Source: Rhodospirillaceae bacterium (GTDB lineage: Bacteria; Pseudomonadota; Alphaproteobacteria; Thalassobaculales; Thalassobaculaceae). Taken from it: a DNA stretch of 64,000 bases. This document shows, piece after piece, positions 30,157 to 37,103 of the stretch (positions within the stretch are counted from its first letter, which is position 1; the number at the start of each line of letters is the position of its first letter). Under the pieces are notes generated by a model. It ran no database searches, was not told the DNA's origin, and saw only the letters and a program-made list of their open reading frames with translations. The translations under genes and the position numbers were made by a program. The stretch lies in the NCBI GenBank assembly GCA_002722775.1, contig PBMU01000004.1:48224-112223 (forward strand), in the 5' to 3' direction.

Positions 30157-30778
30157 TGTGGTGTGCTATTAGTTTCTGCATTAGTAAGCAGTCATAGGTA
30201 GCGGAATGTGCCAGTCCATCCTCTACTACTATTCCTACATTACGACAGGCTTCTATCAGCTTGATACGAGGCTTATCCTTTTCCCATAGTGCTGCGAATA
30301 GTGGCATGATGTCGAGCCAGTAATCACCAATGGGTTGTGATGGTACTTGTATACCAGTCTGCTCTACTGTCTGGTGCCACATCTTTTTGTCGAAGGTACT
30401 CCATTGTACCAGTATGCGGCCTTTGCATAGTAGAGATACTGCCTGCACGTCGTCGGCACTCATGGCCTTGGCTCCATGCATACGTAGTGCTGTACGGTCC
30501 AATCCATGTACTGCTAATGCGTGCGGATTAATTTGTACTGTTGGTAGGAAGTACTGCTGGGTTACAGTAACACCGTCAGCCAGTCGTAGTATTGCCAGCT
30601 CAATGATTTGGTCAGACTTGCCCACACCAGTAGTCTCAGTATCCACCAGTAATACATTCAGTACTTGCTCCAGTATATAGCAGACTGCGCCTACCTTTGC
30701 CAGTCGTGTCTCAATATCAGTACCTTTCATCTGCTTAATATTGTAGTCCAACCCATCTTGGGTAATATCAGTAATCAT
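30119..30778 (-). CDS. DEDDh (DnaQ-like) 3'-5' exonuclease, 219 aa
   Basis: LLVDTETTGV (Exo I), IELAIL, HSATYDCLLM (Exo III, H-x4-D). Confidence 0.75.
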   Translation of the reverse strand: MITDITQDGLDYNIKQMKGTDIETRLAKVGAVCYILEQVLNVLLVDTETTGVGKSDQIIELAILRLADGVTVTQQYFLPTVQINPHALAVHGLDRTALRMHGAKAMSADDVQAVSLLCKGRILVQWSTFDKKMWHQTVEQTGIQVPSQPIGDYWLDIMPLFAALWEKDKPRIKLIEACRNVGIVVEDGLAHSATYDCLLMQKLIAHHSDWYNSHVLQRA

Positions 30779-31230
30779 TACTTGTTTCCTTTTTTGTTGG
30801 TTGTTACCTTAGCGCTACCTGCTACCTTAGCGGTTTTGCTTGCGTCGTACTGTGCTAGTGTTACCTGTACTATCCCATGCACAGTCTTAATGGTAATAAG
30901 CTGGCTCAAGTGCAAGCCATAGTTAGCACCATTCTGCACTGGAAGTCGTCGCTCTGCTGATAGGTGGGAACAGAACTTATCCAAGTTTAGGGGTGTTACT
31001 GCTAGTGGCTCCTTCTGCTGGCCAATGGCCTGTTCCATCTTAGGGATAGCAAACAAGTACCGCAGTACTAGCTCTTCCAGTTGTGCCTTAGTGAGCTTGC
31101 CTGCCTGTACTAATCCGGATAGTACTTCCAAGTCACCAAATAGTACTTCTCGTTGTTCTTCCAGTGTCAGGTCTGTTAGTACTTCTGCAGGGTCCTTGCG
31201 TTGTACTTCATTGTCATTACTAGTAGTCAT
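30778..31230 (-). CDS. Hypothetical protein, 150 aa
   Basis: Start set at ATG 31230 (GGAGGctata-ATG). The track start 31242 is a TTG inside the SD. Confidence 0.55.
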   Translation of the reverse strand: MTTSNDNEVQRKDPAEVLTDLTLEEQREVLFGDLEVLSGLVQAGKLTKAQLEELVLRYLFAIPKMEQAIGQQKEPLAVTPLNLDKFCSHLSAERRLPVQNGANYGLHLSQLITIKTVHGIVQVTLAQYDASKTAKVAGSAKVTTNKKGNK

Positions 31231-33490
31231 TATAGCCTCCAAGTTCTTTCTGTAGTTTCTTTGCGTCTAAGTAGCCGCTGTCTCGTAGTGATACAAAGCG
31301 GCGATGAATATTACTATCGGGGTCTTTCGCAGCCTTAATATAGGCTAGTGCTTTCTTGCGGAAGTGATTAAGTTTCTCTGCTAGTGTGTCTCCTTTTATC
31401 TTCTGATTAACAAGGCATTTGTGTAGCATACTATACTTGTTATCAATGTATTTACCAGTATAGTTACCACTGTACATAACCTCTAAGTGGTGACGCGCAC
31501 GAGTAACACCAGTATAGAATGTCTCTCGTTGTGCTGCCACGCTGTGACTATGATGCAGGATTAGCAGTACACTAGGGAATTCAGAACCCTGTGACTTGTG
31601 TACTGTTAGTGCATACATAGGTAGTAGTGTTCCGATAGCATTGGTGGATAACTTCACTTCCATTCCATCACCAACGGGAGTTAGTACTACAGTATGACTA
31701 GCTTGGTTACTAGTCTCTTCATCTTCCGTCGCCGCATACTCCTGTGCCATTAGTTCTTCCAGCTCCATATCATCTACTTCTGCTTCATGCTGTTCATCAC
31801 TAATACCAAACACCTCTTCACGATGGCCCTTCTTAGCTTGGCCCCATCTAGTAAGATACGGGGATGCTTCTAGTGGCTTAGGTCCACGGTACTTATCATT
31901 CTTGTAGATGTCAGTAATATGGTATGGTAGTTTGTTATGTAGTACTCTATCGCCTATAGACCAGTATGTCTTACCAAAGCGGGTTATTACTTCGAATACT
32001 GGTAGGTTATCCCTGTCACTAATACCCTGCATAATGTACTTATTCAGTTCGATGGTGCCAAAGGCTTTATTGAATGGTATTAGTACCTGTGTTTCCTCTG
32101 GGTCAAATCGGTAATCCATTATACGCTTCTGGAGCAGTAGGCCAGTATTCTTAAGTGCTACTTCTGGCGTCCAGTTCTTAACATAGCGTGTGAACTTGAT
32201 ACTATCCTCGCCCTCAGTTCTACTGAGTTTCTGTGCTTCATCATCCTTAATGGGCTTGCCTGTTAGTATCCGATGAGCCAATTGAGTAATGATACCAACG
32301 TTACGATATACTTCTGTTAGTTCTATTACTGGTAACTCTAGCTGTTTGAATCCTAGTATACCATCATTGAATGGTGGCGGTAACTGGTTCAAGTCGCCGA
32401 GGAATATCCACTGTGTATTACTATCCATTGGTAGTGCAGATTCTAGACACTCATACAAGTCCAGTAGTACACTACCCGCTTCCTCTACCACTATCAGGTC
32501 GAATGCAGGTAGTATCTGTCCACCAGCTTCTCGCCATGCAGTACCATAAGTAGGCGCGAATATCTGACTAGTCCGCACACCAGTAACCTGAGTATCATCT
32601 TCTATCTCTGCTTCTACTGGCACGAATTCTAGTAGATTATGTAGAGTAGTAGCATTACATTTCAGCTCTTCCTGTAGTGCCTCAGTAATGTTACGAATAG
32701 CTTGATTGGTGAATGATACTATTGCTACTCGTAGTTTACCTTCCTTCACAAACTTCTTGGTATATTCACCACTCTCGAACTTACCTAGTCTACCACTATC
32801 GAGGAGTGCTTTTAGTATGCACTTCACAGTAGTAGTCTTACCAGAACCTGCAGCACCTATTAGTACGAATGACTCACCTGCTACTGCTAGTTGTACTGCT
32901 GCTTTCTGCTCAGTATTCAAGTGTTCGAATGTTACTTGGTCTTTATTGAGCTGTGGTGCTACCTTAGCGGTTGTGTCTACTGGTGCTGGTGGCGGCGCTG
33001 GTGCTACCTTAGCGGTAGTAGTTGTGCTAGGTCCAGACTTATCACTGCCATTACGAGTAGGACTAGTAAACACTGGGCGACGAACACTAGTACTCGGCCT
33101 ATCTTGCGTAGTCTGCGTTTGCGCTGGTACTGTTTTCGCTGGCGTAGTGCTGCCAATCTTAGAGAAGCGTGCTCTGAGACGTTGTGCCGCGTCACTAGCA
33201 GTAGACTTATTAAGCTTAGTAGCAGTCTCATTGGTAGACTCCTTTGTTATGCCATTATTAAGCAGGTTAGTAGAAACGCTAGTGTTGCTGCTAGGCTTAT
33301 TGTCACTATCAGCAGTGTTGGTGATAGCTTCCACATCTCTGCTATTGTTAGCCATAGGTTGTGCATTAGTAGTCTCCTTAGACTCAGTTGCTGGTGGTGT
33401 TGGTGCCAGTAGTGATGCACCAGCTTTAGCCTCTTGTAGTGCTAGTGCTTTCTTTCTCTTTAGTTCTGCTATACGTTTCGCAAGACTCAT
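31220..33490 (-). CDS. SF1 RecD/Dda-like DNA helicase with ~190-aa low-complexity basic N-terminus, 756 aa
   Basis: Walker A LIGAAGSGKTTTV, Walker B DLIVVEEAGS, and C-terminal ALTVHKSQGSEFPSVLLIL typical of RecD-like helicases. Confidence 0.85.
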   Translation of the reverse strand: MSLAKRIAELKRKKALALQEAKAGASLLAPTPPATESKETTNAQPMANNSRDVEAITNTADSDNKPSSNTSVSTNLLNNGITKESTNETATKLNKSTASDAAQRLRARFSKIGSTTPAKTVPAQTQTTQDRPSTSVRRPVFTSPTRNGSDKSGPSTTTTAKVAPAPPPAPVDTTAKVAPQLNKDQVTFEHLNTEQKAAVQLAVAGESFVLIGAAGSGKTTTVKCILKALLDSGRLGKFESGEYTKKFVKEGKLRVAIVSFTNQAIRNITEALQEELKCNATTLHNLLEFVPVEAEIEDDTQVTGVRTSQIFAPTYGTAWREAGGQILPAFDLIVVEEAGSVLLDLYECLESALPMDSNTQWIFLGDLNQLPPPFNDGILGFKQLELPVIELTEVYRNVGIITQLAHRILTGKPIKDDEAQKLSRTEGEDSIKFTRYVKNWTPEVALKNTGLLLQKRIMDYRFDPEETQVLIPFNKAFGTIELNKYIMQGISDRDNLPVFEVITRFGKTYWSIGDRVLHNKLPYHITDIYKNDKYRGPKPLEASPYLTRWGQAKKGHREEVFGISDEQHEAEVDDMELEELMAQEYAATEDEETSNQASHTVVLTPVGDGMEVKLSTNAIGTLLPMYALTVHKSQGSEFPSVLLILHHSHSVAAQRETFYTGVTRARHHLEVMYSGNYTGKYIDNKYSMLHKCLVNQKIKGDTLAEKLNHFRKKALAYIKAAKDPDSNIHRRFVSLRDSGYLDAKKLQKELGGYNDY

Positions 33491-33501
33491 AACAGTACCC
33501 C

Positions 33502-34626
33502 TTATAGTTCGAATTTATATTTACGCATATAAAGCCTAGTCATACTAGAATCAGGATGCGCTTTACAGAATGCTAGTGCTTTAGCTTTAGCCTCTTCCTG
33601 CTGCTCAGGTGTCTTGGCTTGTAGAGTAGTAGTGACTTTGGTTTTAGTCTCATACTCGAATACAGCAGCCTTATTAGCACTAATTTCATCATCTAGGTCT
33701 ATGAATCCAAAGTCTGCTTCATAATCCAGTAGTCGTTCTAGTTTAGATTCTAGACTACGCACCACTACTAGACTATTCTCACGCTCATAATCTTCATAAG
33801 TCAGTCCATCTTTTACTAGTGCTATTACTTCCCGCAAGTCCTTCTCGCGTAAGTCAGTGGCAGCAGTATCCATGCAATGACGTATCTTTGCTAGTTGTCT
33901 GCTAGAGTAGCCTGAGCGAGCTGTTAGTACTTTCATAGCCCATCCATTCAGTAGCTTCTTATTAGCCATATCTCTAGTAGTACGCAGACGGTACTCTTTG
34001 AAGCGTGCTACTAGTGAGCGCTCGTCGTCGGCCTTGTCGTATGTTGCATCAATATCCGCATCATCAAAGGCATCTAGCAGTTTGCTGGTAATAGTAGAGT
34101 ACCGGCCTGACTCTAGCATCTTGATGTAGCCGTGTAGAGTATCCTTTAATCTTTTATCTGTTAATGGATTCTCTGCGTTATTAACAATAGTAGGTAGGTT
34201 AATGCGCTCTAACTGGTCTGCGCCAGTACTAATGATTAGTCCAATGAATTCACGTATAGCATCCTTAACGTCAGTAATACCACGGTCAGTAATGTCAGTA
34301 ATAGGACAGTGGCACTCCAGCAAGTCGTAGTCATTCAGTATGGCCAGTAGTACAAGATACAATTCATTATTGAATTTTACGTCATAGTAGATGTCTAGTA
34401 TTTGACGTCGTGGCATAGAGAATATGGGATGGATGTCTGGTACTAGTACATGCCCTTTCTCAGTTCGAAGGAACATGCTAGATATTGCCAGCTTGACGCC
34501 ACTAACACGACAATACGTCACTACTGCCGTTGTTTGATGCAAGTTAGCATCGCGTGTTATGTTGGCTCCTATGACTGGCTGGTATTTTGTGCTAGTGGTG
34601 CGAGCATTGCGAGACTTGGTATTCAT
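33502..34626 (-). CDS. Hypothetical early protein, 374 aa
   Basis: Long ORF with no recognisable motif. Confidence 0.6.
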   Translation of the reverse strand: MNTKSRNARTTSTKYQPVIGANITRDANLHQTTAVVTYCRVSGVKLAISSMFLRTEKGHVLVPDIHPIFSMPRRQILDIYYDVKFNNELYLVLLAILNDYDLLECHCPITDITDRGITDVKDAIREFIGLIISTGADQLERINLPTIVNNAENPLTDKRLKDTLHGYIKMLESGRYSTITSKLLDAFDDADIDATYDKADDERSLVARFKEYRLRTTRDMANKKLLNGWAMKVLTARSGYSSRQLAKIRHCMDTAATDLREKDLREVIALVKDGLTYEDYERENSLVVVRSLESKLERLLDYEADFGFIDLDDEISANKAAVFEYETKTKVTTTLQAKTPEQQEEAKAKALAFCKAHPDSSMTRLYMRKYKFEL

Positions 34627-34639
34627 TGGTTATATATCC

Positions 34640-34846
34640 TTATTCACAATCTTGGTTATTGGTAGAGTTATTGGTAGAGTTAATGGCAGTATTGCTAGTA
34701 ATAGTGGAGCCAGTATAGATAGTGTTAGAGCTGGTGGCGATAGAGGCGATAGAGGCCCGACGACGCCTACGGCAGTTATCAAAATACTGCTGCCTTCTGC
34801 GCTGGTTACTATTACTCATACGCTTTGGTCTATTGGAAGTATTCAT
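34640..34846 (-). CDS. Arg-rich low-complexity small protein, 68 aa
   Basis: NQRRRQQYFDNCRRRRR. Contains in-frame tandem DNA repeats (12-nt x2, 9-nt x2). Coding status uncertain. Confidence 0.4.
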   Translation of the reverse strand: MNTSNRPKRMSNSNQRRRQQYFDNCRRRRRASIASIATSSNTIYTGSTITSNTAINSTNNSTNNQDCE

Positions 34847-34860
34847 GTTTGTCGTGGCTC

Positions 34861-35256
34861 CTATAGTGACTCTATCATTTTATTAGTATGATTACGTATT
34901 ACTTCTGTTAGTGCTTCATTAAGTCCGATTACTATTCTCTTATCAGTAACAGTATTTACTAGATGAAACCTACGAGTACCATTATTAAAGCGCGGTACTA
35001 TATCTACTAGTTGCCATTCAGTGTCAGCAGTGAACATGCATAGTGTTCCGTCATGTGGAATACCTTGCATAGATGTTAGTTCTAGTGTGCCTTTAATGTC
35101 ATAGTGAGCATAGTACTTATTAATATAAGTAGTAACAGATTCAAAGTGTAGTGGAAATGTAACCTTAGAAGTAGCAGTATTCATAGCAGTAATAATCCTA
35201 GTAGTAATAGTCGTAATAGTGACAATAGTAGCTGGTAGCCAGTAAGCAAGAATCAT
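34861..35256 (-). CDS. First gene of the minus arm, 131 aa (start uncertain: 35256 or 35184)
   Basis: The track start 35379 lies upstream of a near-consensus promoter (35296..35324) and has no SD. First in-frame ATG after the promoter is 35256. It is preceded by a 3-codon mini-ORF (ATG 35264, AAGGA SD) that ends in an ATGA overlap. Confidence 0.45.
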   Translation of the reverse strand: MILAYWLPATIVTITTITTRIITAMNTATSKVTFPLHFESVTTYINKYYAHYDIKGTLELTSMQGIPHDGTLCMFTADTEWQLVDIVPRFNNGTRRFHLVNTVTDKRIVIGLNEALTEVIRNHTNKMIESL

Positions 35257-35295
35257 GCCAACATGCGTAATCCTTTGGACTTCCGACCAACTAGC

Positions 35296-35324
35296 ATTAT
35301 CCCATATATAGCTAGACAGGTCAA
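35296..35324 (-). promoter_or_regulatory. Near-consensus sigma70 promoter for the minus (replication) arm
   Basis: Minus strand reads TTGACC - 17 nt (ending TGG, an extended -10 TGn) - GATAAT, with the AT-rich tract cttatattattata immediately upstream. Confidence 0.7.
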
Positions 35325-35341
35325 TATAATAATATAAGCGT

Positions 35342-35369
35342 AGGGATGCTACCTGAGGCACACTAGCAA
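35342..35369. repeat. Left arm of a 28-bp perfect inverted repeat
   Basis: agggatgctacctgaggcacactagcaa is the exact reverse complement of 35873..35900. Confidence 0.95.
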
Positions 35370-35590
35370 TACCAGTCATGCGAGGATACGCAAGGTACTA
35401 TGAGGCACTAGAGGAATCGGGGTACTCCCATACCATACATCATAGCACCCTACATCATAGCACTGGCTAGTACCATACTACCACCAGCTAGTACTATCGG
35501 AATGCATACCTACCACCAGCAAACCCTAGCAGTAGCACAAGATAGCGCAATAGCAGTAAAACTATGTATCTTCTATGTTGTATATTATAG

Positions 35591-35636
35591 ACCCCCCTAT
35601 TCAAATTTTATTTCTTTTTTCCTATACCCCCCTATT
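35591..35636 (+). repeat. ACCCCCCTATT direct repeat pair bracketing a 24-bp AT-rich core
   Basis: Copies at 35591..35601 and 35626..35636, flanking caaattttatttcttttttcctat. Confidence 0.85.
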
Positions 35637-35665
35637 ACTATACCAGTACGGTACTATACCAGTAC
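35637..35665 (+). repeat. 13-nt direct repeat ACTATACCAGTAC x2
   Basis: Copies at 35637..35649 and 35653..35665. Confidence 0.85.
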
Positions 35666-35872
35666 ACAGTAGGTAGCTAGTGACTACCGGAATGCATGGC
35701 TATTGGATGAATGGGCGAGTAGTAGGCATAGTGGCATAGTGGCATGATGTGGTAATAGTGGGCATAGGTAGTAGCATAGTAGTAGTATATGGATATATGT
35801 GGGATGGTATGTAGGTAGGCAGGGGGGTGCCCAATTTCCTTGCGTGCATCGCGTGATTGACGTTACTTCTAG

Positions 35873-35900
35873 TTGCTAGTGTGCCTCAGGTAGCATCCCT
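35873..35900. repeat. Right arm of the 28-bp perfect inverted repeat
   Basis: ttgctagtgtgcctcaggtagcatccct. The arms are separated by 503 bp (35370..35872). Confidence 0.95.
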
Positions 35901-36082
35901 GCCAGCATACCAGTACACACCACCAGCATCTCACCAGCAAGCACGCCACCAGCACGCCACCAGCACTCCCTGTAGAACGTCTGAGCATCATTATGACTAT
36001 AGATAGTGGTAGTATGGTATAGGGTAGTAGTAGATAGAGCCACCAGCACCCGCATAGAGCGTCCTAGTAGCATCATTGGCAG

Positions 36083-36138
36083 TAGCCACCAGCATATAGC
36101 ATAGTGGTAGTAGCCACCAGCATATAGCATAGTGGTAG
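36083..36138 (+). repeat. Perfect 28-bp tandem duplication
   Basis: tagccaccagcatatagcatagtggtag x2. Each unit carries one Chi complement and one ATAGTGG motif. Confidence 0.95.
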
Positions 36139-36150
36139 TAGGTCAGGACT

Positions 36151-36226
36151 AGTGGTAGTGGTAGTGGTAGTGGTAGTGGTAGTGGTAGTGGTAGTGGTAG
36201 TGGTAGTGTGAGGTAGTGGTAGTGGC
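36151..36226 (+). repeat. Hexanucleotide microsatellite (AGTGGT)n
   Basis: Nine perfect units over 36151..36204, then degenerate units (agtgtg aggt AGTGGT AGTGGC). Confidence 0.95.
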
Positions 36227-36250
36227 AGAGTAGCCACCAGCAGGCAGGCA

Positions 36251-36278
36251 CAAAAAAGCCCCACACTAGGCAGGGCTT
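36251..36278 (-). terminator. Intrinsic terminator of the 36299..36985 gene
   Basis: Minus strand: AAGCCC-tgcctagtgtg-GGGCTT followed by TTTTG, about 20 nt after the stop codon. Confidence 0.55.
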
Positions 36279-36298
36279 GTAGTAGGACTGGCGACCTG

Positions 36299-36985
36299 TT
36301 ACATGAAGTCCGACTCATCCAGTTCATCAGCGCTGGCTTCTGGATTCAGTGTTTTCTGGATGTTGTCTGCCCATAGCTCTAGCACTGGCAAGTGCTGCTC
36401 AATCGCTGCATCGTCTAGAGTAGTGGCGAACTCATTCAAGATGTCGCCCATACGCTCAACAACTTGAGTTTTAACAGTAGCCAGTGACGCGACAGTGAAC
36501 TTAGCAGTAGCCTTAGCAATGGTAAAGGCTTTGGCTTTCTCTGCCATGCTAGTGCTAGCAAGGTAGCTTTCCAGAACTGCGATAGTAGCAGCCAACATCT
36601 CTTTGGTGACTTTGATAGAGCCGCCGCGCTTGGCCAGACCTGCTTCCAGTACTGCCAGACCATCAGTGTAGTCAGTGATACCTACTGCGACATTTTCTTT
36701 GTTTGCTGCTTCGATGTGAGCATTAACCAAATCCTGTACAGTAGCGACTTGTTTTTCTGACAATCCAGAGTCAGCCAGCAGTGCCACCATATCAACTGTA
36801 ATCAGTGTGGCATTGAACGGCTTGCGCTTGCTGCCCTTCTCTGCATCCACTTCTACGTCATTGGTAGTAATGGTGCCAGACGCTAGTGCCTTCTGTAGTT
36901 TCTCGAAAGCATCGCTGCCTGCTTTGGCAAAGTTAAAGTTATAGACAGTGGTGAAAGGTTTTGTTGCAACAGTTTGATTAGACAT
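36299..36985 (-). CDS. Stand-alone Ala-rich acidic protein, 228 aa, C-terminus ...ADELDESDFM
   Basis: Start set at MSNQ (AAGGAtgactact-ATG). The track N-terminal extension has no SD. Has its own promoter candidate and terminator. Function unknown. Confidence 0.7.
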   Translation of the reverse strand: MSNQTVATKPFTTVYNFNFAKAGSDAFEKLQKALASGTITTNDVEVDAEKGSKRKPFNATLITVDMVALLADSGLSEKQVATVQDLVNAHIEAANKENVAVGITDYTDGLAVLEAGLAKRGGSIKVTKEMLAATIAVLESYLASTSMAEKAKAFTIAKATAKFTVASLATVKTQVVERMGDILNEFATTLDDAAIEQHLPVLELWADNIQKTLNPEASADELDESDFM

Positions 36986-37074
36986 AGTAGTCATCCTTAT
37001 AAGTAAATTGTACCTAGCATTATTGCTAGTGCCTTGAGCGGCAGGTGTGGCGCTGTGTTGTGCCACTGGTAAAC

Positions 37075-37103
37075 ATTCTAGTCGAACCCCACACATAGTG
37101 CAA
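37075..37103 (-). promoter_or_regulatory. Candidate promoter for the 36299..36985 gene (TTGCAC-17-TAGAAT)
   Basis: Read on the minus strand. The -35 element overlaps the palindrome GTGCAA-gtact-TTGCAC (37098..37114). Confidence 0.35.

Larger units (their letters stand above)
35486..35697 (+). repeat. Imperfect 22/23-nt direct repeat pair
   Basis: AGCTAGTACTATCGGAATGCAT (35486..35507) and AGCTAGTGACTACCGGAATGCAT (35675..35697). Confidence 0.8.
35481..36241 (-). repeat. Array of nine Chi octamers (5'-GCTGGTGG-3' on the minus strand)
   Basis: CCACCAGC on the plus strand at 35481, 35513, 35920, 35946, 35957, 36040, 36086, 36114 and 36234. All are in the same orientation, in DNA with no credible CDS. 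Confidence 0.9.

Noticed and set aside
32706-33539. 277-aa and 173-aa plus-strand ORFs antisense to the helicase N-terminus
   Set aside because: They are low-complexity mirror images of the helicase Ser/Thr/Pro/Ala-rich region. The helicase frame continues into bona fide SF1 motifs, and no RBS is present.
35257-35379. ORF-track start of the first minus-arm gene (MTGIASVPQVASL...)
   Set aside because: There is no SD. The segment contains a near-consensus promoter (35296..35324) and the left arm of the 28-bp inverted repeat, so the open frame is probably fortuitous.
36151-36226. Microsatellite as an array of Chi-like sites (GGTAGTGG)
   Set aside because: Only 6 of 8 positions match Chi, with a mismatch inside the critical 3' half, and the orientation is opposite to the real array. 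I know of no evidence that this variant is active.
35481-36241. Possible CRISPR array
   Set aside because: The repeat units are 6-28 bp, irregularly spaced or directly tandem, with no unique 25-40-bp spacers. The only Cas-like hit (the Cas4-like nuclease at 27038) fits a phage recombination exonuclease.
35876-36327. Three overlapping minus-strand ORFs (84-89 aa) with poly-Thr, Pro-Leu and His-Tyr runs
   Set aside because: The frames are kept open only by the hexamer microsatellite and the other repeats. They have no SD and the products are implausible, so the region is treated as non-coding.
37070-37100. tRNA-like GGGGTTCGAC T-loop look-alike on the minus strand
   Set aside because: The flanks cannot be folded into a T-stem or acceptor stem, and no cloverleaf forms. 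No tRNA is called anywhere in the window.
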